Shown here piece after piece: positions 1-10,820 of a stretch of 64,000 nucleotides of DNA. The DNA comes from Chthoniobacteraceae bacterium. Lineage in GTDB: Bacteria > Verrucomicrobiota > Verrucomicrobiia > Chthoniobacterales > Chthoniobacteraceae. Numbering within the stretch: the stretch's first letter is position 1; every line of letters begins with the position of its first letter. Made by a program: the position numbers and the translations under genes. The notes below the pieces were generated by a model. That model had not been told where the DNA came from. It did no database searches and worked only from the letters and a program-made list of their open reading frames with translations. The stretch is taken from assembly GCA_037190965.1 (NCBI GenBank), contig JBBCKI010000048.1, positions 10,297-74,296 of the forward strand, written 5' to 3'.

Positions 1-501
1 CTCAGCACGGGAAATTTCCGCGCCGCCGAGACGTCCGGCGCAACGGACCTTGATCCCCTGGGCGCCGAAATCCATCGTGGTCTGCACGGCCTTCTTCATC
101 GCGCGGCGGAACGAAATACGGCGCTCGATCTGGAGGGAGATGTTCTCCGCGACCAGCTGGGCGTCGAGTTCCGGGGTCTTGATCTCTTGAATGTCGATCT
201 TGACCTGCTTGCCACCCGACATGGAGGCGATCTCTTCGGTCATCCGCTCGATCTCGGTTCCTTTACGGCCGATCACGATCCCGGGGCGGGCCGTGTAGAT
301 CGTTACGCGGAGGCTGTTCCAGGCGCGCTCGATGACGATCTTCGCCACAGCGGCCAGGGCCAGTTTCTTTTTGACGTAGCCACGGATCTTGAGGTCCGTG
401 TGAAGGAATTCCGGGAAATCCTTGGGCGATGCATACCACCGCGAGCGCCAGTCCCGATTGAGGGCGAGGCGGTAGCCGATTGGATTAACTTTCTGACCCA
501 T
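1..501 (-). CDS. rpsC: 30S ribosomal protein S3 (N-terminal ~167 codons; 3-prime end beyond window edge)
   Basis: Hand translation of the reverse strand from ATG at 499-501 gives MGQKVNPIGYRLALNRDWRSRWYASPK..., the canonical S3 N-terminus. It lies 4 nt downstream of rplV. It is absent from the ORF track because the window edge truncates it. Confidence 0.9.
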   Translation of the reverse strand, partial: MGQKVNPIGYRLALNRDWRSRWYASPKDFPEFLHTDLKIRGYVKKKLALAAVAKIVIERAWNSLRVTIYTARPGIVIGRKGTEIERMTEEIASMSGGKQVKIDIQEIKTPELDAQLVAENISLQIERRISFRRAMKKAVQTTMDFGAQGIKVRCAGRLGGAEISRAE

Positions 502-505
502 AAAA

Positions 506-940
506 TTACTTGCTCTCCTGACTTGCTGCGCTCTTACGGGCCCGGGCCGGCTTGGCGGCTCCCGATTTTGCCCGCTTTCTGCTCTTGGCTTCGCGCGTTT
601 GAATTTCGATCTCGTCGGTGAGGATGATCCTGATGTGTGAGGAACGCTTCAGGATTGGACCGGCACTGCCACGAGCCTTCGGCTGCGACCGCTTCAAGGA
701 CGGACCTTCACCAACGGTGGCCTCCTTGACGACGAGCGTATCGACACGCAAGTTGGCGTTGTTTTCGGCGTTGGCGACTGCGCTCTTGAGCGTTTTCGCG
801 ACCAGCACGGCCGCTTTCTTCGGACTGAACGCAACGATGTCCAGCGCCGCCGCGACGGGCAGGCCCTGAATTTCGCGCGTCACCTCCCGAGCCTTGAAGG
901 CCGAAATGCGCGCATACTTGTATGTCGAATGAATCTGCAT
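506..940 (-). CDS. rplV: 50S ribosomal protein L22 with basic C-terminal tail
   Basis: The 144-aa ORF MQIHSTYKYARISAFKAREVTREIQGLPV...SHIRIILTD is L22-like and sits directly upstream of rpsC. The extra C-terminal segment is K/R/A-rich. Confidence 0.93.
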   Translation of the reverse strand: MQIHSTYKYARISAFKAREVTREIQGLPVAAALDIVAFSPKKAAVLVAKTLKSAVANAENNANLRVDTLVVKEATVGEGPSLKRSQPKARGSAGPILKRSSHIRIILTDEIEIQTREAKSRKRAKSGAAKPARARKSAASQESK

Positions 941-952
941 GTTAGTTGAAAT

Positions 953-1750
953 TTACCTGGCATCCACCCTAAGGCGGTCGCCGACTTTAATTTTGTTCTT
1001 CTCAGAGTCCAGACTTTGTATCACTCCACCGCAAATTTTTTCGCGAACGTCCACCACCCGGATCACCCCGATGTCATTTCCATCGCGAATGATTCGGAAG
1101 GGCATCCCCACTTTCACCCCATGGGCACTCCCGATATTGCCCACAACCAGTGACCACTCCTCTTTGATGCTGATCACCATCCCTTGGGTCAGGTCGGCCG
1201 GTGCCGAGTAAGGCTGGCCACTTCCCGGGATTCCGAGGGCCTCCGCCACACTGCGCATCCGGGCTTCCAACGCCAGGCGGGCCTCCGCATCTTCCGATGT
1301 GGCCCCTTTGGTGAAACGCAGCACCGCTTCGCTGAGTTGGACAAGCTCGTCGGCGAGCTTGTCTTTCTCGCTCTGCAGGAGCTGGAGATCGCGCACTCCT
1401 TTCAGAAGCCGCTGCTCGAGCTTGCGCTTGTCGCCGCTGAGTCCATCGACTCCGAGCGCCTCCATTCGCAACTTCAGCTCCGCCGCCTCTTTCCGGAACA
1501 CCTCGGCTTCGCTGTTGGATACAGCGAGGCTTTCGGTGAGCGATTTCACTGCGGTCTGTGCTTCGGAGAGTTGCTGCTTGAGAAGTTGATTCTCGGCAGC
1601 AACCGTCTGAAGCGTGACCTTCGCTTCCGTAAATTCTATGTCTAGATCTGAGAAAGAACTCTCCCCATTGGCGACTGGCCCCATTGCCAGCGCCAAAAGC
1701 ACCCCTCTTACGGCTTTCGCCGCTCCTGCCATTGTAGCAGGAAAACTCAC
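953..1750 (-). CDS. Secreted coiled-coil protein of unknown function embedded in the S10 operon
   Basis: A 265-codon ORF fills the rpsS-rplV gap exactly. Its GTG start overlaps the rpsS TAG by 1 nt (TAGTG), and its stop lies 12 nt before the rplV ATG. An alternative ATG is at 1732. It has a signal-peptide-like N-terminus (AKAVRGVLLALAMGPVANG), about 140 aa of heptad-rich coiled coil, and a beta-rich C-terminal segment of roughly 70 aa (NIGSAHGVKVGMPFRII...). Codon usage looks native. Confidence 0.7.
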   Translation of the reverse strand: MSFPATMAGAAKAVRGVLLALAMGPVANGESSFSDLDIEFTEAKVTLQTVAAENQLLKQQLSEAQTAVKSLTESLAVSNSEAEVFRKEAAELKLRMEALGVDGLSGDKRKLEQRLLKGVRDLQLLQSEKDKLADELVQLSEAVLRFTKGATSEDAEARLALEARMRSVAEALGIPGSGQPYSAPADLTQGMVISIKEEWSLVVGNIGSAHGVKVGMPFRIIRDGNDIGVIRVVDVREKICGGVIQSLDSEKNKIKVGDRLRVDAR

Positions 1751-2028
1751 TACTTGCTGACCTTGGCCGTGTGCGCTCCGTGCTTCTTGAACACACGCGT
1801 CGGGGAAAATTCCCCGAGTTTGTGACCAACCATGTTCTCGGTCACAAATACCGAGTTGAAAATCTTGCCGTTGTGCACCAGGAACGTATGCCCAACGAAA
1901 TCCGGCGTGATCATCGACCGGCGGGACCAGGTCTTGATCGGCTTCTTGACTCCGCCTTCGTTCATCTTGTCGATCTTTTCGAGCAGATGGAGGGCGACGA
2001 AAGGCCCTTTTTTCAGTGATCTTCCCAT
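1750..2028 (-). CDS. rpsS: 30S ribosomal protein S19
   Basis: [19 protein letters not shown]...[11 protein letters not shown] is canonical S19, and the gene lies downstream of rplB. Confidence 0.96.
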   Translation of the reverse strand: MGRSLKKGPFVALHLLEKIDKMNEGGVKKPIKTWSRRSMITPDFVGHTFLVHNGKIFNSVFVTENMVGHKLGEFSPTRVFKKHGAHTAKVSK

Positions 2029-2040
2029 AAAATCTCGGCG

Positions 2041-2883
2041 TTACTTCTTGGCGTTGCGGCGCTGCACAATAAAGTTGTTGCTCTCCTTGTGCTTACGGCG
2101 GGTCTTGAAGCCCTTGGCGAGCTGACCCCATGGGCTCATCGGGTGGTGGCGTCCACCGCCGCCCTTCGACTTGCCCTGACCTCCACCCATCGGGTGGTCT
2201 ACCGGGTTCATCACCATACCGCGGACGTGCGGACGGCGTCCGAGCCAGCGGCTACGGCCCGCTTTGCCCGAGGAGACGTTCATGTGGTCAACGTTGCCGA
2301 CCTGTCCGATCGTCGCGTAAGCCGTTTCATGGATCTTGCGGATCTCACCGGAAGGCAACTTGACGAGGGCATAACCAGCTTCGCGGTTGCTGAGAACAGC
2401 CACCTGACCGGCGCTACGGGCGATCTGGCCGCCACGGCCGGGGATCAACTCGATATTGTGGATCGAAGAACCGAGCGGGATGCTCTTGAGAGGAAGAGCA
2501 TTACCGACTTCCGGTGCAGCCGTTTCCCCTGCGGAGACCTTGCGGCCGACGGTGAGACCCACTGGAGCGAGGATGTATGCCTTCTCGCCGTCTGCGTACT
2601 GGAGCAGCGCGATGCGGGCCGAACGGTTCGGATCGTACTCGATGCCAACCACTTCCGCGGCGATGTCGCGCTTGCTGCGCTTGAAGTCGATCAACCGATA
2701 CTTCTGCTTGTGCCCACCGCCGATGTGGCGGGAGGTCAAGCGACCGCGGTTGTTACGCCCGCCGGTCCGCTTCTTGGGAGCAAGGAGGCTTTTCTCGGGC
2801 TTGGATTTGGTGATCTCCTCGAAGGCCGGGAGCGCCTTGTAGCGCTGTGCCGGGGTCAAAGGACGGAAAGTTTTAAGTGCCAT
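2041..2883 (-). CDS. rplB: 50S ribosomal protein L2
   Basis: The 280-aa ORF carries the L2 motifs ([23 protein letters not shown]). Confidence 0.97.
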   Translation of the reverse strand: MALKTFRPLTPAQRYKALPAFEEITKSKPEKSLLAPKKRTGGRNNRGRLTSRHIGGGHKQKYRLIDFKRSKRDIAAEVVGIEYDPNRSARIALLQYADGEKAYILAPVGLTVGRKVSAGETAAPEVGNALPLKSIPLGSSIHNIELIPGRGGQIARSAGQVAVLSNREAGYALVKLPSGEIRKIHETAYATIGQVGNVDHMNVSSGKAGRSRWLGRRPHVRGMVMNPVDHPMGGGQGKSKGGGGRHHPMSPWGQLAKGFKTRRKHKESNNFIVQRRNAKK

Positions 2884-2930
2884 GGTCCGTTATTCTTGTT
2901 TGGCGGCTCTGAGAGAACCCGGTTAGGCCG

Positions 2931-3215
2931 TTAGGCCAGTTCGATCTTCTCCCCTTTCTTGAGAGTAACGATCGCCTTTTTCCAGTGCGCGGTCCGCCCG
3001 GCGTCGGCCCGACGTTCCCGGCGCTTCTTGCCGGCATAGTTCGCGGTGTTGACCGACGCTACTTTCTTGCCGAAAAGCTTCTCGATGGCCTGCTTGATCT
3101 GGAGCTTGTTGGCGCGAGGCGAAACGCGGAAGACATACTTGCCGAGTTTTTCGCTCAGGAGCGTCGCCTTCTCCGTCAGGACAGGCGTTTGAATCAATTG
3201 ATGCGGCTCGTTCAT
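2931..3215 (-). CDS. rplW: 50S ribosomal protein L23
   Basis: The 94-aa ORF (VLTEKATLL...YVFRVSPRANKLQIKQAIEKLF) is L23-like and lies between rplD and rplB. Confidence 0.94.
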   Translation of the reverse strand: MNEPHQLIQTPVLTEKATLLSEKLGKYVFRVSPRANKLQIKQAIEKLFGKKVASVNTANYAGKKRRERRADAGRTAHWKKAIVTLKKGEKIELA

Positions 3216-3823
3216 TACTGGATCCTTTCTGCCAACTTCGCGAGGGCGTCTTTGGTAATGACGATCTTCTTGAACGCGAGGAGGTTTTCGGTATTCACCT
3301 CACTGGCCGTAATCAGGCGCGTCGGCTGGACGTTGCGGGCGGCCTTAAAGGTGTTCTCGTCGAACTGGGTCGAGATGATCAGCGTCTTCTCAACTCCGAC
3401 GTTATCTTTCACCCAACCGATAAACTGTTTGGTCTTCGGCTCGGCGATGGCAAAGCTGTCAACGGTCAGAACATCACCGGCAATAATCCGGGAGCTGAGC
3501 GCTTTCTTGAGGGCGAGGCGGCGAACCGACTTCGTGACCTTCTTGGAATAGTCGCGGGGCTTTGGGCCGAAAACGACACCACCACCCACCCAGACGGGCG
3601 AGCTCTTGTAGCCGGCGCGGGCGCGACCCGTGCCCTTCTGACGCCAGGGCTTGGAACCGGATCCGCTGACATCCGCCTTGGTCTTGGTGTTGGCGGTTCC
3701 GCTGCGGCGGTTGGCCCGGAGGGCGACAACTACGTCATGCACCGCTTGGGTGCCGCGGCCGTTTTCAATCAAGGCGAGATTCGCCTTCTTGGCTGCATCA
3801 ATGGTGAGAACGGTAGCGCTCAT
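3215..3823 (-). CDS. rplD: 50S ribosomal protein L4
   Basis: The 202-aa ORF contains SKPWRQKGTGRARAG, the L4 signature. Its start and stop overlap the neighbouring genes. Confidence 0.95.
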   Translation of the reverse strand: MSATVLTIDAAKKANLALIENGRGTQAVHDVVVALRANRRSGTANTKTKADVSGSGSKPWRQKGTGRARAGYKSSPVWVGGGVVFGPKPRDYSKKVTKSVRRLALKKALSSRIIAGDVLTVDSFAIAEPKTKQFIGWVKDNVGVEKTLIISTQFDENTFKAARNVQPTRLITASEVNTENLLAFKKIVITKDALAKLAERIQ

Positions 3824-4473
3824 TACTTAGCCTCCGCGGGAAGGGGTTTTTTCTTGGCAGGGCGGACGATCACATAACCGCCGTTGCTGCCGGGAACTGC
3901 GCCCTTGATGAGCAAAACCTGTTCGGCTTCGCGCACCTGGACGATGGAAAGATTCTGGACGGTGATACGATCATCACCCATGTGACCGGGCATCCCCTGG
4001 TTTTTCCAGATACGGCCTGGGGTAGAGCGGTTGCCGATGGCACCCGGACGGCGATGCATCATCGAACCGTGCGAAGCGGGCTGTCCCTGGAAGCCGTGCT
4101 TTTTGACGACACCCTGGAAACCGTGGCCCTTGGAACGCCCAATCACGTCAACGATCTGACCGACCTGGAAGTGCGAAGCGGTAAGATTGAGTTCCCCTTC
4201 GACCTTATCGCCGTCGAGGAGGCGGAATTCCGCAACCCGCTTTTTGGCTTCGGAGCCTGCCTTCTTGAAGTGGCCCAACTCAGCCTTGTTCACGCGGGAT
4301 TCCTTCTGGGTATCAAACCCGACCTGGATGGCAGAGTAGCCGTCCTTTTCGAGAGTCTTAACCTGAAGAAGGGTGTTGCCGCCGACAGCGACGACGGTCA
4401 CGGGGGTTGAACGCCCCTTCTCGTCGTACACTCGGGTCATCCCGACTTTCTTACCTATCAGTCCGTATTTCAT
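3823..4473 (-). CDS. rplC: 50S ribosomal protein L3
   Basis: The 216-aa ORF MKYGLIGKKVGMTRVYDEKGRSTPVTVV... is L3-like. Confidence 0.96.
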   Translation of the reverse strand: MKYGLIGKKVGMTRVYDEKGRSTPVTVVAVGGNTLLQVKTLEKDGYSAIQVGFDTQKESRVNKAELGHFKKAGSEAKKRVAEFRLLDGDKVEGELNLTASHFQVGQIVDVIGRSKGHGFQGVVKKHGFQGQPASHGSMMHRRPGAIGNRSTPGRIWKNQGMPGHMGDDRITVQNLSIVQVREAEQVLLIKGAVPGSNGGYVIVRPAKKKPLPAEAK

Positions 4474-4499
4474 TGCGTCTATTGGTTCGTGAACACCGG

Positions 4500-4811
4500 T
4501 CAGATCTTGATGGTGATATCAACACCAGCCGGGAGGTTCAGCTTCTTGAGTTCATCTACCGTCTTTGCGGTCGGCTCGATGATATCCAGGAGGCGTTTGT
4601 GCGTCCGGATTTCGAACTGATCCATCGACTTCTTGTCGACGTGCGGGGAGCGGTTGACAGTAAATTTTTCGATCCGCGTAGGAAGCGGGATCGGCCCAGC
4701 CACCTTGGCGCCGGTGCGCTTGGCGGTCTCGACGATGTCCAGGGAGGACTGGTCGAGCGTCCGGTAATCGAAGGCTTTGAGCCGGATGCGAATTCGTTGG
4801 CCGTTGGTCAT
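4500..4811 (-). CDS. rpsJ: 30S ribosomal protein S10
   Basis: The 103-aa [21 protein letters not shown]...[14 protein letters not shown] is canonical S10. Confidence 0.96.
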   Translation of the reverse strand: MTNGQRIRIRLKAFDYRTLDQSSLDIVETAKRTGAKVAGPIPLPTRIEKFTVNRSPHVDKKSMDQFEIRTHKRLLDIIEPTAKTVDELKKLNLPAGVDITIKI

Positions 4812-4846
4812 AGAAATTTGCGGTTGCTAGCGTTGATCGAAACTTT

Positions 4847-6997
<2,151 letters not shown>

Positions 6998-7011
6998 GGC
7001 AATAAATTAAG

Positions 7012-7485
7012 TTAGAAGCGGAAGTGTGCGAACGCGCGATTGGCCTGTGCCATCTTGTGGGTGTCGTCGCGCTTTTTGATCGCGTTCCCCTGCCCGGCGG
7101 CGGCTTCCTTGAGTTCGTTGGCGAGAGCGTCAACCATCGGGATGCTCTTGCGCTTGCCGGCGAATCCGACGATCCATCGCATCGCGAGCGCCAACTGGCG
7201 GGCGGGCGGGACTTCCATCGGGACCTGGTAGGTCGCACCGCCGACGCGGCGGGATTTGACTTCGAGGCGCGGCTTGACGTTGTCGATCGCCTTGTTGAGC
7301 GTCTCGAGCGGATCAACCGCATCGGACCCCTCGCGGGTCTTCTCGATGGCGGTGTAAACAATCCGTTCAGCAACGGACTTTTTACCATCCTGCATGATCG
7401 TGCTGATCAACCGGGCAACCACTGGGCTACCGTAACGGCTGTCGAACTTCTCGGTTTTTTTGATGACTCTGCGGCGACGTGACAT
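7012..7485 (-). CDS. rpsG: 30S ribosomal protein S7
   Basis: The 157-aa ORF (DSRYGSPVVARLISTIMQDGKKSVAERIVY...) is S7-like. Confidence 0.96.
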   Translation of the reverse strand: MSRRRRVIKKTEKFDSRYGSPVVARLISTIMQDGKKSVAERIVYTAIEKTREGSDAVDPLETLNKAIDNVKPRLEVKSRRVGGATYQVPMEVPPARQLALAMRWIVGFAGKRKSIPMVDALANELKEAAAGQGNAIKKRDDTHKMAQANRAFAHFRF

Positions 7486-7506
7486 GGTGACGCTTTCTGA
7501 AGTTAA

Positions 7507-7926
7507 TTACTTGCGCTTCCCACCCTTGCCTTTGGCGGCGGCAGCTTCCTGACCGGGCTTCGGACGCTTGGCTCCGTATTTGGAGCGGGAACGACGGCGG
7601 CCGTCCACCCCGAGGGCGTCGAGCGTACCGCGGACGATATGATAACGAACGCCGGGAAGATCCTTCACACGACCGCCACGGACGAGCACGATGGAGTGCT
7701 CCTGAAGGTTGTGACCTTCACCGGGGATGTACGCGATGACTTCCTGACCGTTCGTCAACCGAACCTTGGCCACTTTACGAAGCGCGGAGTTGGGCTTTTT
7801 AGGCGTGCGGGTCATTACCTGCACACACACCCCACGGCGCTGTGGGCAATTCACGAGAGCCGGTGATTTGGATTTCACCGTCACCTGTTTGCGTCCCTTG
7901 CGGACAAGCTGGTTGATCGTTGGCAT
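7507..7926 (-). CDS. rpsL: 30S ribosomal protein S12 with short basic C-terminal extension
   Basis: [13 protein letters not shown]...[10 protein letters not shown]...GVRYHIVRG is canonical S12. The extra tail reads [16 protein letters not shown]. Confidence 0.96.
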   Translation of the reverse strand: MPTINQLVRKGRKQVTVKSKSPALVNCPQRRGVCVQVMTRTPKKPNSALRKVAKVRLTNGQEVIAYIPGEGHNLQEHSIVLVRGGRVKDLPGVRYHIVRGTLDALGVDGRRRSRSKYGAKRPKPGQEAAAAKGKGGKRK

Positions 7927-8235
7927 TTCTATTAAAAATTTCCCTGGTTTACGGGACTAAAAACCCGCCTCTCAGTGGGCTTACCACGTCCACACTGGTT
8001 GCGGGGAGCGCGAACTGTAGACGAATCCAATCCCGGCGCAAGTAATTTTTCTGCGACGTGAGGACTTTTTTCGCCGCCCGGATAGCCGGGTCAGCCCAAA
8101 AGAATACGGGGAGGTGATGTCTACCCTAGTCGCCGTTTTATCGCAAGGGGTGTTTTCAGAAATTATGAAGCGAGACATCCCGGTATTTCAGGTTGCCGCC
8201 GGTCCGGTTCGGGTTCAGCGTACCGCAGCGCCGCC

Positions 8236-9273
8236 ATGAAATACCGCACTTATCCTGACACCGATCTTACCGTGAGCGAGGTCGGCTTTGGCCTCTGGAC
8301 CGTCTCGACCGGCTGGTGGGGAGACTACACCGACACCGAGGCTATCTCGCTGATGCACAAGGCATTAGACCTTGGAATCACCCTCTTCGACGCCGCCGAT
8401 ACCTACGGGAATGGCCGGAGCGAAGAGCTTCTCGCCAAGGCGTTTCCGAAGCAGCGGGACGAGGTCGTGATTGCCACGAAGATCGGCTACGATTTCGTCA
8501 ACTTCGGCGGCAGTGAGCGCCGTGGGCAACGCGAGATTCCTCACGATTTTTCGCCGGCAGGATTAACCCGCGCGACCGACGCCGCGCTCAAACGTCTCAG
8601 AACGGATCGCGTGGATTTGATGCAACTTCACAATATCCGAATGGAGCAGGTGGAAGACGATTCCGTTTGGGAAACCCTCGAATCGCTGCGAAAGGCCGGA
8701 AAGATTCGCCAGTACGGAGCGGCCATCGGCCCGGCGATCGGCTGGTTATACGAAGGAGTTCGCGCCATCGAGGAGAGAAACTTCGCCAGCCTCCAACATA
8801 TCTACAACATTCTGGAACAGCACCCCGGGCGCACCCTGCACCAAACCGCCGCCGAGACAGGCAAGAAAACGATGTTTCTGGTCCGCGTCCCTCACTCCAG
8901 CGGAATGCTGGAGGGCCATTATACTCCCGAAACTGTGTTTCCACCCAATGATCACCGGATCCACCGCCCGAAGAGCTGGCTCATCAACGGGTGCAGGAAG
9001 GTCGAGCAACTCCGCTTCCTGGAGAACAGCGAGCGCACCCTTGGGCAGGCAGCGCTCCAGTGGCTGCTGGCCGACACTCGCGTCGCCTCCACGCTCCCCA
9101 ATATCTACAACGAGGCGCAACTGACCGAGTTCGCAAAAGCTCCCGAATGTCCGCCCCTTACCGCCGACGACCGCGCCCGAATTGACGACCTCTATACGTC
9201 CCATTTCGGAATCGACGAGTCGCCGCCAAAGTATAAAGGGACCATGTCGCCCGGTGGCGGCGAGGTCGATTGA
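8236..9273 (+). CDS. Aldo/keto reductase family oxidoreductase
   Basis: The 345-aa ORF has an AKR-type N-terminus (LTVSEVGFGLWTV...GITLFDAADTYGNGRSEELLAKAF) and a VDLMQLHN motif. Confidence 0.88.
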   Translation: MKYRTYPDTDLTVSEVGFGLWTVSTGWWGDYTDTEAISLMHKALDLGITLFDAADTYGNGRSEELLAKAFPKQRDEVVIATKIGYDFVNFGGSERRGQREIPHDFSPAGLTRATDAALKRLRTDRVDLMQLHNIRMEQVEDDSVWETLESLRKAGKIRQYGAAIGPAIGWLYEGVRAIEERNFASLQHIYNILEQHPGRTLHQTAAETGKKTMFLVRVPHSSGMLEGHYTPETVFPPNDHRIHRPKSWLINGCRKVEQLRFLENSERTLGQAALQWLLADTRVASTLPNIYNEAQLTEFAKAPECPPLTADDRARIDDLYTSHFGIDESPPKYKGTMSPGGGEVD

Positions 9274-9384
9274 GGCGATTAGCCTCAAGACAACCAGGGG
9301 GGAGCAAATCGGCAGCTTTGCCGACATGAGCCGATCATGACACGGCGCTTGCAAAGAGGCTTTCCCCCACTGATAATTAAGAGG

Positions 9385-10155
9385 ATGAATCTGGACCTGA
9401 ACAATCTCCTCGAAGGCTGGCCGCACGAGCCCGGGCAGATCCGTGTTCGCAAAGTGTTGGGCAATGATGGACGCGAAAAGCTCCAGCTTCGGATCGATCT
9501 CGGACTTATCCAGATGGAACTGAATGGCCGACCTGATGGCCACCGCCCCCATGGCAGCGAATCGCTTCTCGAATGGCATAAGGAACGCGCAGAGGCAGCC
9601 GAAGCCAAAGGCGACTCTTTTACCCTAAGCCCGGAAGATTGTGCCGAGCTTCAGCACGAAGGCATCCAGTATTATCACCGTTATATCTCCTTCTTCCAGA
9701 TCGAGGATTACCCCGGTGTCATCCGTGACACCCAGCGCAACCTCGAACTCCTGAACTTCGTCGTCAAATACGCGGAGCGCGAGGAACTGGCGTGGCAGAT
9801 CGAGCAATTCCGCGCGTACCTCATCATGATGAACACGCGCGCCAAGGCTTCCATTGAACTGGACCGGAACGACTACACCGCCGCAATCCGCCAGATCGAG
9901 CGGGGCCGGGATAAGATTCTCGAAGCCTTGCAGGAGCAGGAGCGCCCCGAAGGGAGCCAAAACAGCGGGGAAATCCAGTTTCTGGAGCAATGGCTGGAAG
10001 AACTTCGAAACAAACGCCCGCTCTCCAAACTGGAAATGCTCCAACAGGAGATGGATCGAGCCATTGCCGCCGAGGCCTACGAGCGCGCCGCGGAGCTTCG
10101 CGACGCCATCAAGGCGGAACGCGACACCGCGTCTTCCTCTTCGCCGTCCAGTTAA
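9385..10155 (+). CDS. UVR-motif-containing protein of unknown function
   Basis: I placed the start at the ATG at 9385, which follows TAAGAGG. A C-terminal UvrB/UvrC-type motif is present (AAEAYERAAELRDAIKAER). The ORF track begins the frame at 9337. Confidence 0.75.
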   Translation: MNLDLNNLLEGWPHEPGQIRVRKVLGNDGREKLQLRIDLGLIQMELNGRPDGHRPHGSESLLEWHKERAEAAEAKGDSFTLSPEDCAELQHEGIQYYHRYISFFQIEDYPGVIRDTQRNLELLNFVVKYAEREELAWQIEQFRAYLIMMNTRAKASIELDRNDYTAAIRQIERGRDKILEALQEQERPEGSQNSGEIQFLEQWLEELRNKRPLSKLEMLQQEMDRAIAAEAYERAAELRDAIKAERDTASSSSPSS

Positions 10156-10203
10156 ACACGAGCTAGACACGCGGCCTTGTTTGATGGCAGGCTTCGCTTC
10201 CTC

Positions 10204-10617
10204 ATGAAGAGCCTGAAAAATATTTGCCCGCTGTTGCAAGTCGCAGACCTGGATCGTTCACGGGAGTTCTACACTCAAAAGCTGGGATTTCAGGAGACAT
10301 GGAAAGATCCGGGCGGCTTCACCATCCTTTGCCGGGATGAATGCCTTCTTTTCATCTCCCCCAAGCAGCGCGAAGTCGACCTGCGGAATGCGACGGCCCG
10401 CCTGACCAACGACGGTTACGCGAATTACGATCTCCACATCCACTGCTTCACGGGAAGCCTCGACGCGCTCTGGAAAGAATATAAAGAGGCAGGCGTGGAG
10501 ATGGGGGCCTCCTTTGTCAATGGCCCCGTCACCCGGGACTACGGAGTGAGGGATTTTGCGGTAATCGATCCCGACGGGTATGACCTCGTCTTTGGGGAAT
10601 CCATTGAACCCGCGTAG
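10204..10617 (+). CDS. VOC/glyoxalase-bleomycin resistance family protein
   Basis: The sequence MKSLKNICPLLQVADLDRSREFYTQKLGF...DPDGYDLVF shows a typical glyoxalase-fold pattern. The track ORF begins at 10177. Confidence 0.8.
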   Translation: MKSLKNICPLLQVADLDRSREFYTQKLGFQETWKDPGGFTILCRDECLLFISPKQREVDLRNATARLTNDGYANYDLHIHCFTGSLDALWKEYKEAGVEMGASFVNGPVTRDYGVRDFAVIDPDGYDLVFGESIEPA

Positions 10618-10648
10618 GCATAAGCCCTGCTACAGGAGGAAGTTGACC

Positions 10649-10729
10649 ATGCTCACTCTTTCTACGTTTGCCATTGCTGTCGGGTTTCTGTTCACCAGTG
10701 TCTGGTACGCCTGCAAAAGCGAGGACTGA
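10649..10729 (+). CDS. Candidate 26-aa hydrophobic micro-protein
   Basis: Hand-found ORF MLTLSTFAIAVGFLFTSVWYACKSED, with AGGAGGA 7-8 nt upstream of the ATG. It is a single predicted TM helix and falls below the size cutoff of the ORF track. Confidence 0.4.
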   Translation: MLTLSTFAIAVGFLFTSVWYACKSED

Positions 10730-10820
10730 TTAAAGATTCCATCACCCCTTGGGGATCCATCGGTTCCGTTTGCCATCGTGTGCCGGACAATTTCAGGGAT
10801 GGCCGTGGATGCAAAGATGT

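Noticed and set aside
1074-1829. Alternative ORFs overlapping the coiled-coil gene: 1074-1829 minus, 1184-1645 plus and 1299-1589 plus.
   Set aside because: They are R/S/P-rich shadow frames. Only the 953-1750 frame fits the rpsS-rplV gap exactly and has a coherent architecture of signal peptide, coiled coil and C-terminal domain.
7927-8235. The divergent rpsL / aldo-keto reductase control region, including the 65-aa track ORF at 7981-8178 and a possible TTGCGC-16-TACAGT promoter for rpsL.
   Set aside because: The ORF has no RBS or motif and lies in a promoter region. The promoter guess rests on a weak -35 and I could not distinguish it from alternatives. It is not reported.
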